A stretch of 64,000 bases of DNA from Camelus ferus (taxonomy: Eukaryota). Location of the stretch: contig NC_045707.1 in the NCBI RefSeq assembly GCF_009834535.1, forward strand, positions 48,424,001 through 48,488,000, read 5' to 3'. The stretch's first letter is position 1. Each line of letters opens with the position of its first letter. The position numbers and the translations under genes are program-made. Shown here one piece after another: positions 52,346-64,000 of the stretch. The notes below the pieces were generated by a model. The model worked only from the letters and a program-made list of their open reading frames with translations, had not been told where the DNA came from and ran no database searches.

Positions 52346-54044
52346 AATACAGTATTTTTTGAAAGAATACCCATATGCTATTTTCTTAACTTTCTAGTTA
52401 ATATTTCTGTTATTTATTGAAATTAAGTGAATAAAGGCAGGGCAAGTGGCAATTAAAAGTATTTTGCTAACACTTCTGCATCTAACATTAGATACAGTTA
52501 CAAACAAAAGACTCTACTATTACACAGAGATCTATGCCTTCTTCCAAATTATAACACACAGAATATGATGAAAAACAGTTACACATCCAGACATCACATA
52601 TTTCAGTTTTGTACCACAATTTAACTTGAAAAGGTATATTTATTAATAAAAGTCCTAATTTTGCATGGAAAATTATCATTATACTATAAATTTATGCACA
52701 GCTGTTTGATTAATCACATCTTACAAGAGAGTTTGCTGTTTTACGCAGGAATAGGGGTAGAAGTACAGATTTCTCTCCTCTGGAAAGAGTTGTTACTGTG
52801 AACTTCTACGTATACTGTTGAGTAAAATAAAAGCTATACTTTATTCTACAAGTGGGTTTCTACTTAAGACAATAAACTAAATTTAATAATATTTTATTTT
52901 ATTTGAAAACAAAAATCAATGTAGAAAGGAAGATTACTTAAGCTCCATACCTCCTTGTTAAATCTATTCTATTCTGTATGACTGCAGGCTAATGTCCACA
53001 GAAAGGCAGAGAAGCAAAGTCCTGTAAATATCACCACCATAAAATATAACAATTTGTTATTTAGGAAACCTAGGGAGTTACCTAAATCTTCCTTGGAATA
53101 AAATGATAAAATAATAGTCATGATCATCATCAGCCCAGATTGAAGCAGAAGGCCAAACTCTGATGCTTCAGGCCAGTAAACTTGGAATTCTAAATTTCTA
53201 AATGACATAAGCTACAAGGTAATTATAAATATGCAAATGAATTTTATCATCTATGATTATTTTCTATTTCTTAAGTTTCCCATTTGTTTTCCTTAATCGA
53301 TTGTACATAAGCAAGCTAATTAGCAAAACTGCGTTTAAAATATAAGAATTTGAAAGCCAAATATACATATGAAAATCCATACATAAGATTTTCATGAAAG
53401 ATACAAGTATTCTTACTAGAAGGAAATCATGCATTTCCTTTACAACAGAATAGATGGTTTATACTAATAATGACTCATGAAGTCAAACACCGGTTCTTAA
53501 CGGTTGTAATATTCAGCTTTTTGGTGTTAACCACATAGCCATGGTCAAAGTACTAACTCACTACAGAAATGGGGAACATATACCACTCATTTAAAAATTG
53601 TTATTCAACATTGATTTGTCAAATGTATTGACTCCTTTTAGTATAATGAAAGTTGTTTTAAACAATTGCCCTAGGTTTAAACTATTCAAAATTTCCAAAT
53701 CCTAAGTTTTCCTTCAATGACCTTCCTGGGTTTGATAACCCTCCTTTGCAGCCTTTCCACCATGACATTATTTTTATAAACATTTTACTGATAAGAAGTA
53801 TCCTCATTATTTGCATCTTCATTAATCTCTCCTTTCCCTAAAGAGACACCAAGTGCAATCTGGTTCTCTTCTAGGACTCTTCACATCTTACTCAGATCGT
53901 TATCACCTTGTCTCAAATCCTCCTTCAGGTTCACCGTTCTCTTTGCATAATATCCAACTGCCATAGAGATTAATTGCTGTGCCCCTTGCTTGTACAGTGT
54001 TCTAATCTTATTTCAAGGAACAACTGTCAAATGTTGATTACTCT

Positions 54045-54425
54045 GTAAGAGTGGGGGAGTGGGAGGCACAAACTATTGGGTGCAAGATAGGCTGCAAGAT
54101 GTATTGGACAACACAGGGAATACAGTCATTATTTTATAATAAGGCCTGTAAATGGAGTATAACCTTTAAAATTGTATAAAACTTTTAAAAATAGATGAAG
54201 GGGATTAAGAGGTACAAACTTTCAGTTATAAAATAAGTAAGTCATGCATATGTAATACACAGCTTAAAAGTAAGTCAATAATATTGTACTATGTATGGTG
54301 ACAGATGATCTAGACATCGTGGTGATCATTCTGTAATATATTTAAATGTTAAATCACTATGTTGTATGCCTTTTATTAGCATAATATTGTACATCAATTA
54401 TATTTCAGTTTTTAAAAAAGCAAAT
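54045..54425 (+). mobile_element. Two head-to-tail L1 3' ends of different subfamilies; the second is L1MA9-like
   Basis: gggaggcacaaactattgggtgcaagataggc...aacctttaaaattgtat, then ggggattaagaggtacaaactttcagttataaaataag...aatcactatgttgta. Confidence 0.8.
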
Positions 54426-54704
54426 GTGTTTAAAAATTTAAAATAAAGTGAATTAATTTTAAAAAGTGTTGGTTATTCCAGAAAGAGTTTTTTGTTCAAA
54501 GATCTGAAATATACTGTAAGCCGGTAACTATAAAACAAACCCAAAATACTTTGAAAAAGAAAAAAATGTGGTACACATGGAGTGAGGATTGAGAAGCCTA
54601 AAATGCTGCCACTAAAAAAAAAAGAGTGCTGACTGCATTATTGAGATTGATAAGTTGATTTTATTTTTTCTTCTATTTTAGCCCTTCATGTTTTTATCTA
54701 ATTG

Positions 54705-54905
54705 GTTATTGTTAAGGATTTAAAGAGTTGTGAATTCAGATAATTTCCACTCTTCCACTTACTACTTTGGGCAAATTGCCAGATGTTTCTGATTTCAGTT
54801 TTTCATCTGTTACATCAGAATGATAATAATTTTATGGTTTTGAGGAGGAAAGCTTTGAGCACAGTTTGTGGCACATAGTAACAGTCAGTCAGCAGTGGCT
54901 ATTAT
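54705..54905 (+). mobile_element. MIR SINE
   Basis: cttccacttactactttgggcaaatt...tcagtttttcatctgt...gcacagtttgtggcacatagtaa. Confidence 0.75.
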
Positions 54906-55862
54906 TATAGTATCTGGACCAAGAACTATGTACCAACAACCCCATGCTACTGAGCAGTTTCCTTAGAGTCCAAGGAGGAAAGAATCCAATTTCTGATGTA
55001 AAGGAGAAAATGTTTTTAAATTCAGAAGAATACTTATAAACATGTTTTGTTATTTTGTAAATGCATAACAATTTGTAAGATACAAATCCTTGTATTAGCA
55101 ACTCTTTACAGGCACATCGTAATAAGTGTAAAAGATATATAATGAATATTATTTTAGTTTTATTTCTGTAGTAGCACTTGCCTGTTGTGATGTTAATGCT
55201 GTTTTAGTCAAATAGGAGTTTCAGCTTGATATCAGATTCTCATGACATAGCAATTGTAATGAATTTGGAGATAGGAGAGAGAGTTCAAATATTCGCATAG
55301 AAAATGTGTGATTTAAAAGGATTGGAAAATCTTCTCACTAAATTGTCAAAAATGAAAAAATAAAAAAGGTAGTTGGTAGAATAATTTTTATGAACTAAAA
55401 TTAGAAATTTACATGGAATTATTTCTAATTTGTCTAAAATTGTTTTCTGATCCCTTCCAATAAATCTTAGAGTGCTAGAGTAATGTGTTTTTGCATCTTT
55501 ATTAACGTAATTGCACTTATCACCTATTGCTTTCTTTTTCAAATTTATTATTTTGAACTGCCAGCTACTTCTGGCTATTTACTCTTTTCCAGCACATTTA
55601 GCATTGAGTCAAGATGGTGTCCTTTCATATGTGAGCTCCAACACCATCTGAGGCCCTCTGACCCTTCTTCAAATAGCTAATTCTCTGGAGTGCAGAGGTG
55701 GTGGCAGAAATGGCAGCAAATGACAAGGTGCTGAAAATTTTGTTGCATGCATTAGCTCTTCAGCTATCAAGGTCTTTATTTTTATATGAGACTGCTAAAG
55801 CTACTATGATTTAAATATATTGAAAACATTTCATTTTAAAAAAGTAAAAGAAGTTGATTCTT

Positions 55863-58372
55863 CTAGCAGGCCAACACCAGAAGCAAAATCCTCAACAAAA
55901 TATTACTAATCTGAATTCGACAATACATTAAAAGGATCTTACATCATGATCGAGTGGGATGTATCCCAGGGATGCAAGCATGTTTCGAAATCTACAAATC
56001 AGTCAATGTGATACACTACATTAACAAACTGAAGATAAGCACCATATGATCATCTCAATAGATGTAGAACAAGTTTTTGACAAAATTTAAGGTTCATTTA
56101 TGATAAAAACTCTCAACAAAATGGGTAGAGAGGCAATATTCAACATAATAAAGGCCATGTATGACAAACTTACAACTAAATGTTATATTCAACAGTGAAA
56201 AGCTGAAAACATTTTTTCTAAGTTCAAGAATAAGAAAAAGATGCCATCTCTGACCACTTTTATTCAACACAGTATTTGGAAGTCCTAGCCACATTAATCA
56301 GACAAGAAAAAGAAACAAAAAGAATTCAAACTGGAAAGGAAGGAGTAAAACTGTCACTGTTTGTAGGTTACATGATACTATATGTAGAAAATCTTAAAGA
56401 TGCCACTAAAACCTATTAAAACTCATCAATAAATTCAGTAAAGCTGCAGAATACAAAATTAATATATGTAAATCTGTTCCATTTTTATATTAACAATGAA
56501 CCATCAGAAAGAGAAATTAAGAAAACAATTCCACTTGTAACTGAATCAAAAAGAATAAAATACCTAGGAATAAAAGAGGTAAAAGATGTGTATTTGGAAA
56601 ACTATGGGACATTGACAAAAGGAATTGAAAATGACACAAACAAATGGAAAGATATACTGTGGAAGAATTAATATTGCTAAAATTACCACATACCCAAAGC
56701 AATCTACAAGATTCAATGCAATCCCTATTAAAATGCTAATGGTATTTTTCACAGAACTAGAACAAATCATTCTAATATTTGTATGGAAATATAAAAGAAC
56801 TGAAATAGCTAAAACAATCTTGAGAAAGGACAAAGCTGGAGGTATCACACTCCCTGATTTCAAACTATACTACAAGGCCACAATAATTAAAACAGTATGG
56901 TGCTGGCACAAAATAGACACATAGATCAATGAAACAAAATAGAGAGCCCACAAATGAACCCACATTTATATGTTCAGTTAATCTACAACAAAGGAGGCAA
57001 GAATACACAATGGGGAAAAGACAGCTTCTTCAATAAATGGTGTTGGAAAAACTGGACAGCTACTTGCAAAAGAATCAGACTGGACTACTTTATCATACCA
57101 TCTACCAAAATAAGCCCAACTGATCAAAAATTTAAATGTAAGACCTGAAACCACAAAACTCCAAGAAGAAAACATAGGCAATAAACTCTTTGCCATCAAT
57201 CTTAGCAACATTTTTTTGGAATATATTGCCTCAAACAAAGGAAACAAAAGTAAAAATAAACAAATGTGAAAATCAAACTAAAAGGTTTTTGAACAGTGAA
57301 GAAAGTTATCAACAAAATGAAAAGGCAGGCTACTGAATGGGAGAACATCTTTGCAAATGATATATCTGATAAGGAGTTAATATGCAAAATATACAAAGAA
57401 CATATGTAACTCAACATCAAAAACAACTCAATTAAAAAATGGGCAGAAGAACTGAATAGTCATTCTTCCAAAGAAGATATACAGATGGCTAGCAGACACA
57501 TGAAAAGATTCTCAGCATCACTAATAATTAGGGGAATATAAATCAAACCACAATGAGATACCAACTCACATCTGTCAGAATGACTGTCATCAAAAAGACA
57601 ACAAATAACAAATGCACTGTTGGTTGGATTGTAAATTGGTGTAGCCACTATAAAAAACAGTATGGTGGATTCTCAAAATTATAAAATACAGCTACCATAT
57701 AATTCAGTAATTTCTCTTCTGCATGTTTACTCAAAGAAAACAAAAACACTAATTCAGAAAGATACATGCACTTCAGTGTTCTTCGCAGCTTTATTTACAG
57801 TAGCCAAGATGTGAAAGTAACTTAAGTGTCCATCAATAGATGAATGGATAAAGAATATGTTGTGCTTCCTCTCTCTCTCTCCCTCTCTCTCTATCTCTCT
57901 CTCTATATATATGTATATACACACACATTTATGTATATATACAATGGAATATCACTGACATTAAAAAACAGAAGGAAAACCAAAGTCAGAGAAAGACAAA
58001 TACCACATGATCTCACTTACACGTGAAATCTAAAAAACTTAACAAACAAATAAAAGAAAATGAAAACAGACTCCTATATACATAAAATAAATAGGTTGTT
58101 GCCAGAAGGAAGGGGATTGGGAGGATGAGTGATATAGGTTAAGGGGAATTAAGAGGTACAATCCTCCAGTTATGTATTAAATAAGTCATGGGGATGTAAC
58201 ATACAGCATAAAGAATACAGTCAATACTGTAATAACTTTGTATGTGGACAGATGGTTAGTAGACTTATTGTGGAATCATTTTCTAATGTATGCAAATGTC
58301 AAATCATTTTGTGAAACATCTAAAACCAATATAATATTGTAGATCAACTATATTTCAATTAAAGAAAAAAAG
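55863..58372 (+). mobile_element. 5'-truncated L1 (L1MA9-like): ORF2 RT domain to 3' end, with many frameshifts
   Basis: ORFs 56625-56924 (GRINIAK...RFNAIPIK...[27 protein letters not shown]) and 56954-57148 (WGKDSFFNKWCWKNW) are L1 ORF2p; 17-bp TSD at 55846-55862 and 58539-58555. Confidence 0.95.
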
Positions 58373-58500
58373 AGATTCTGTACCCATTAGCAGTCACTCC
58401 CATATGCCTTCCTCCCAGCCTCTGTCATTCCAACAACCTGCTTTCTGTTTCTATGAATTTGCTTATTCAGGATATTTTATATAAATGAAATCATATGATA
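58373..58500 (-). mobile_element. L1MB-like antisense fragment lying inside the TSDs of the preceding L1 (probable 3' transduction)
   Basis: tgtacccattagcagtcactccc...ctgctttctgtttctatgaatttgcttattcaggatattttatataaatgaaatcatatga. Confidence 0.7.
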
Positions 58501-58782
58501 CAAAAATTAAAATAAATAAGTAAATGGATAATAAAATAAAAAGAAGTTGATTCTTGAGATCCATTTTGGCAACACATCTATGAATAGTTTTATGAATTTG
58601 GTTTTTACTCTTATTACATTAAAAAATAAAACTAAAATTTCACATTAGTATTCAATAGCCATGTAAATTTCTATATTTCCCAATGATGCTTTTTATTAAT
58701 TAATCAATTTGGCATTGCCTAAAAAAATCTAGTTAAAAGGGGAAATTTTCAGTAGGCTTTGTCAAATTCATGCATTGCCCCT

Positions 58783-59411
58783 TGTGATAGGCAGAATTCT
58801 AAGATGACTTCCAATGACACTCCATCTTGTATAATCTCTCCTTGAGTGTGGATGGAACCTGAGACTAGCAGATATCATTCCCATAGTCACATTATATGTC
58901 AAATGGGATTCTGCATATGTAATTAAGTTCCCAAATCAGTTGATCATAAGACAGTGAGATTATCCAGGTAGACTTTATCTGATCACATCAGTCTTTTAAA
59001 TTTGGGTCTCAAGGATAGAGATAGAGGAAATCAGAGATTTACAGAACAAGAATTCAACATGCAGCTGCTGATTTGAAGACAGAGGGGACCACATACCAAA
59101 GAATGAATGCAGGAGACATCTATGAGCTGAAAAGCAGCCCTTGGATGACAGCCAGCAGGGAAACATGGACCTCAGTCTTAGAATTGAAAGAAACTGAATT
59201 CTGCCAACAACAAGAATGAACTTGAAGCAGGTTATCCTGCAAGTCCTCTACACAAAAAATCATCCCTGCAGCATCATGAGTTTAGTTTTGTGATACCCCG
59301 AAAATAGAACTAGCTATGCCATGTCATACTGCTGACCTGCAGAGGTGTGAGGTGTTGTTTTACACTGCTAAATTTGCAGTACTTATCACACATCAATAGA
59401 AAACTAATAGA
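58783..59411 (+). mobile_element. MLT1E/F-type MaLR solo LTR
   Basis: Starts tgtgataggcagaattctaagatg and ends aatagaaaactaataga; 5-bp TSD cccct at 58778-58782 and 59412-59416. Confidence 0.9.
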
Positions 59412-61059
59412 CCCCTTTTCCCACCCCCCACAAAAAAAGCTCGAGCTAATTAGCGCTGAATATTCTAAATTAACTGCTGCTTGTTTTATGTGTTAAAAAT
59501 CATTTTTTTCTGTTTCTCTGGTAGTGCCAATTTTGAGAAGTATTTATTTTAATACCAGCTTTAAATATTTTAACTTTTAGCTAATGTGGGAAACTTTTCT
59601 GAATGTTCACACACTATTCTGCTTTATATATTGAAGCCAGGTTTGAAATACTCATTGGTGGAGATGAAGGTAGGAAGAAATATGGGCCATTAAAATTTTT
59701 CTCTGTTAAAAAAAAAAATTCAGATTGGAAAAGTAACAAAGCTACATAGCTTGCTGGAACACATCTTAGTAATGCTAAATTTAATTCAGAAGATGAGACA
59801 AAAAGCAAACAGGAATGTAATTAAAAGCAATTTAGGCAAGGAGAAATCACAGGGAAGACTGTCCAGATTGGAAAAGGAACTTCATGGAAGATGATGCTCT
59901 TGAAGATACTATCTACCATCTTCTAAATAGGGGAGTTTCCAGAAAGAGGCTTCAGGGGGAAACACTGCTTAATTTTTAACAGAAGTTTTCATATTTATTT
60001 GATGTAAGAAATGAATGGTGGTATAGGGAACCAGAGTGGTTTGCTTTTCTAGTGTCAGATGAAATGAAATTAAAGATTAATTCCTCTTTATCACTAAACA
60101 GCTAGGACAAGCCCAGGCAATCTGCCAAGCAATGGTGTAAGACAGACCTAAGTCTGGTTGGTTGGTTATTCTCCCAGTTCAACAGAGAATGCTTCTATTT
60201 TGCAGAAAAGAGGGCAGTGAAAGCATTATTCTTTATGGTTCAGTTTTAACTTAATTTAGTAAAATAGCTATGAGGAAAAATAGAAACTTTGCAACTTCTT
60301 TCATCTAGAAGTTTCAAGTTAAAACATATAGCAGTTGACTAAATGAGGTCGAGGTTTACTTTCTGCAGATCTTAGCTTTGGGAAAAACTGCAACATCTTC
60401 TAGGGCAAGCAGAAACAGCTAAAAGGAGCATATTAACATATAATCCAAAGAAGTTGTTCAATACATGCTACTTATGTCTTGGAGTGTGCATGAGAAAACT
60501 TGTCTAAGGAGACTCTCAAAAGAAAAGCTCTTGCTTGAGAATACGTCATCCTAATTTTTAGACCTATTGCTCTGAATGCCAATATTGCATTTATTTAGAT
60601 ACTTATAATGCTATATTTATTAAGAAAATTATTGATTAATTTGCTTCTCATAGAAAATTAAAGCCATAAGGGGTAAAACTAACAAATATTATGGCTGAGC
60701 AATCTCTAGTAATAAGAAAATCCATATTATACATATTCTGGGTGTCACCTAGGATTCAACACAAAAAGAATTCAGCATACAAATACAACAAAGTGCTTAA
60801 TACATTGCAATGTCTCTTCCCTAAGGGAGTTGTACCTGTAGGAGTTAATTCTCCTCTTACTTTACCACCTTTCATTACTTCCAGATCTACGAATCAAAAT
60901 ATTCATCTATTAGTTCATTCATTAAATATTAATTAAATACCTCCTTCACACAGCAATGAATAGAACACAGGTCTTGTTTTTACATGGCTTACATTTTAGT
61001 TGGAGGAACCTGGAAGACAAATTACAAATTTAAGCCCAGAAAAAGAAGGCAGATTTCAG

Positions 61060-61980
61060 AGTTCACTAAATTTTACTGGTAAAAATTTCAGGAATGGATA
61101 TGGGAATGGATTTCTAGGATTCTCAAGCAAGGATCTGGCTAAATTTATCGATAATTGATGAATTTATCAGACATTCTGAATCTGATGCTGTGGTTATGAA
61201 TGATAGAAACTGTGATTCTATGGTAGACCAACCTAAATGAAGGTAAAATTAAAGAAATTTCTCTAGAATAATGTACCAAATGAAATACAAGGATTTATCA
61301 TGCTTAATGATCATGCAATTGTGTTCTGTTAGGGAGTACAGCTCACTCTCTTCACCATAACCTTGAGATGTCCATTGGTAAGGGAAGCATTGCCAACCAG
61401 GTGGGATGTGGAAGACTCTAAAGTAAAATTCTACTGGAGCTAGGAGGATTCTTAAACGGCTAAGACCATGACATGGCATGTAACTGGATAAAGCAAATTG
61501 GGCATGTTTTCTACAATAATCAATAAAGTCTATGTGGCACTCTGAATATGGTCCTCAGAGATTTGTTTATGTTAATATGATTAATGATTATGACATTACC
61601 AAAAGCTGAATATGGAGGCAGCCTGCTAAGGTTCTGCTTGGCATGTAAAATGGACAACCACTCTGACTTGAAGAGCGGCTTGTTTGTGTCACCATTTCAG
61701 AGAACTGGCCCTTCCCCAAATCTAAGACCCAAGTCTCAAATTATGGTAGGAAAGGTCACCCTTCATGAAAGGCCTTTAAAATAAAATCAGAAGTATTTCT
61801 GTGGAACTGGCCTTATCCCCAAAAATGTGCAAATACTTACTTGGGAAACTGCACTCTAGGAGAGGGGATCCACCTAGACCTTGGGGGGGTTATTAGACAT
61901 TGGTTCCAGACTAAAACAATGGCTAGAAACACATTATAACTATTGGGATCCACTGTCAGAGGGGACTTCTAAGGGTGTCA
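61060..61980 (+). mobile_element. ERVL gag-protease remnant
   Basis: EWIWEWISRIL and DLAKFID near 61092-61151 (ERVL Gag VWEWILRV...DQAEFID); GGLLDIGSRL near 61884-61913 (protease GLLDTGSEL). Confidence 0.75.
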
Positions 61981-62399
61981 ATTGATGATTTTTAAAAATG
62001 ATTTTTGTTTCCAGTTTAGATAAATCAACTTCAAGATCGAACTTCACTTTTGGGCTAGAGATGGGAAACATCAGCTTACCCAACTCTCTCTTTTAGAGGT
62101 GAAAGTCCAAAAAGTTCAGGGAAATTAAATCACTGCTTTAAAGTGCAAAATACAACCTATGTCTTTTAAATTTTTACCAAATTGTTGATGCCTGGGTCTC
62201 CTGGCTAGGGGAATGGGGTGGAAGGAACATGAGGCTGTCTGAGAATCAAGTGGGGAGGGAAGGGACATATTCTCTTCATTTTTCACTTTGTTTTTAAAAT
62301 TTTATTTTATTCAAATTGTAAAAAAACCCATAAATTATTTCCCTTTTTTTCTGGTGGCAGGGATGGGGGGTAGAGGAGTCTAAGAGGAAAAATCTGTGA

Positions 62400-62810
62400 A
62401 AAGGCTAAGAGATGAAAATGTCCCAGGGATGGTGAAAACTATAAAGCTACAGTTACTAGAAGAAAAAGAAATATGAAGAAAACATCAAAACATATAATAA
62501 TCAAATTGCTTATAACAGTAAGAAAGAGAAAATCTTACAAGAAGCCAGAGGGAAAAAGACATTATGTGAAGGAAGAAAATGTAAAAAATAGAGAATATTT
62601 CTTCTGGAAATATGCAAGCTAGAATACAGAAGAGCAACTGGATGTAACGAAAGTTAGAAACTATCAAACCAGAATTCTTAACCCAGGAAAAAAAAATAAC
62701 TCTCAAACCTAAAAGCAAAATGAAAAGTTTTCACACATGCAAAAGCTGAAATAATTCAATACTAGAAGACCTGAATTACAAGAAAATATTAAAAGGAAGG
62801 CCTTCAAATG
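62400..62810 (+). mobile_element. Old L1 ORF1 remnant
   Basis: aaagagaaaatcttacaagaagccagaggg...tcaaaccagaattcttaacccagg...actagaagacctgaattacaagaaa (KEKIL..AR...PRILYP...RP.LQE). Confidence 0.75.
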
Positions 62811-63230
62811 AAATCACTATCTCAAAGAGATATTTGCATCTGCATATACATTGCAGCATTATTCACAATAACCAAGATGTGGAAACAACTGAAGGGTCCA
62901 TTGATAGGTGAATGAATAGAGAAAATGTGGAATATGTATATTCAATGGAGTAATATTAAGCCACTGAAAAAAGGAAATCCTACTTTTTATGAAAACACAG
63001 GTAAAACTTGAAGGCATTATGCTAAGTGAAATAAATCAGACAGAAAAAGACAAATTCTATATAATCTCACTTACGTAGAATCTAAAGAAAGTCAAACACA
63101 AAAACAAAGAACAGATCGGTGGCTGCCTGGGATCAGAGTGTGGGTGAAATGGGGAGACACTGATCAAAGGGTGCAAACCTCCAGGTATCACATGAATAAG
63201 ACCTGGGGATCTAAGGTACAGCATGATGAC
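62811..63230 (+). mobile_element. L1MA-like 3' region, truncated before poly(A)
   Basis: cattgcagcattattcacaataaccaagatgtggaaacaac...cattatgctaagtgaaataaatcagacag. Confidence 0.85.
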
Positions 63231-63694
63231 TCAAATGTCCCCAGCCTCAGGAGACAATTAAAAAAAAATCTCTATATTCTGCTTGTCTTCTTAGCTTCTT
63301 AGCAACTGCTTTCTGCTTTTTTTCCCCTCAGTGTCTCACTCTCTACATCTGCAACTTAGGAGTTGGCAATTGCCTTGAGGAAAGATTGCCAGGAGAATAT
63401 TGAGTTCATCTTAATGCATTTTACTTTCAAGATCTTGGCTTTTTAAGTCCCTGAAACTTTAGTTTTTCACTGATGCTTTCAATTTGTTCTTTTAAGCATT
63501 TAATCTAATATACACAGTCATTCTCTGTGGGAATGTTAGTTTAAACTAGGCACTTCACCATGATTATTGGTAGCTGTAGCACATACACTTATACATTTTA
63601 AGTAATTCCCATATTTTCCTACCTACCTCTCCAAATACAAGGTGTAGGACACGTTGGTGTTAGCATTTATATTAACTAGTTCATTTAGTCTGGA

Positions 63695-63955
63695 TTAGCA
63701 CTGCCTAATATAAACATGATTCATTATGTAATTTTAAAATTTCAAGTACTTGCACTAAAAAAGTAAAAAGCAACAGGTAAAATTATAATAATATGGCTTA
63801 CTTAAGTATATTTAAATTATCATTCAATATACATGAATTCAAAATCCACTGTATATTCTATGCTTATAGCTCATCTCAATACATACTAGACCATTTCAAA
63901 TGCTTAAGAGCTAGCCACATGTGACTAATGGTTACCATATTGGAAAAGGCAGGTC
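63695..63955. mobile_element. MER33-like (hAT-Charlie) DNA transposon
   Basis: aaaaagtaaaaagcaacaggtaaaatt...catctcaat...actagaccatttcaaatgct...ccacatgtgactaatggttaccatattgga. Confidence 0.8.
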
Positions 63956-64000
63956 TAGAGGTTTCAGAATATTCAGGGGCGATGTGAAGGAACTAATGTA

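Noticed and set aside
55612..55649. 9-bp inverted repeat agatggtgt...acaccatct
   Set aside because: It is too short for a pre-miRNA and at chance level.
1..64000. Host gene direction from L1 orientation bias, and prokaryote-style systems such as CRISPR or operons
   Set aside because: L1s lie on both strands in similar numbers, and there are no regularly spaced repeat-spacer arrays or long intact ORFs.

Overview
AT-rich, CpG-depleted mammalian genomic DNA, intergenic or deep-intronic. It is most likely from a camelid (alpaca, llama or camel), because it carries a vic-1-type tRNA-derived SINE and artiodactyl/camelid-type L1 3' ends, with no Alu, B1/B2, Bov-tA or CanSINE seen. I cannot support any host protein-coding gene: the listed ORFs are L1/L2/ERV debris, microsatellite translations or chance ORFs. 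Much of the window is fossil transposons: L1 of several ages, L2, MIR, MaLR/ERVL LTRs, ERVL gag-pro and integrase-dUTPase remnants, a MER34-like LTR, and MER3/MER33/MER82 DNA transposons. The best-supported observations are retrotransposition signatures read from target-site duplications (TSDs): an L1 with a probable 3' transduction (55846-58555), a 5'-inverted twin-primed L1 (43986-44245), a TSD-bounded truncated insertion (24865-25034), and independent microsatellite expansions at the same L1 3'-end position in three copies. There is one candidate spliced exon (5775-5922) and several repeat-poor, motif-rich blocks that may be conserved enhancers. I found no convincing new biological system. 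Repeat subfamily names come from remembered consensus sequences, not a database search, and repeat boundaries without a TSD are approximate.
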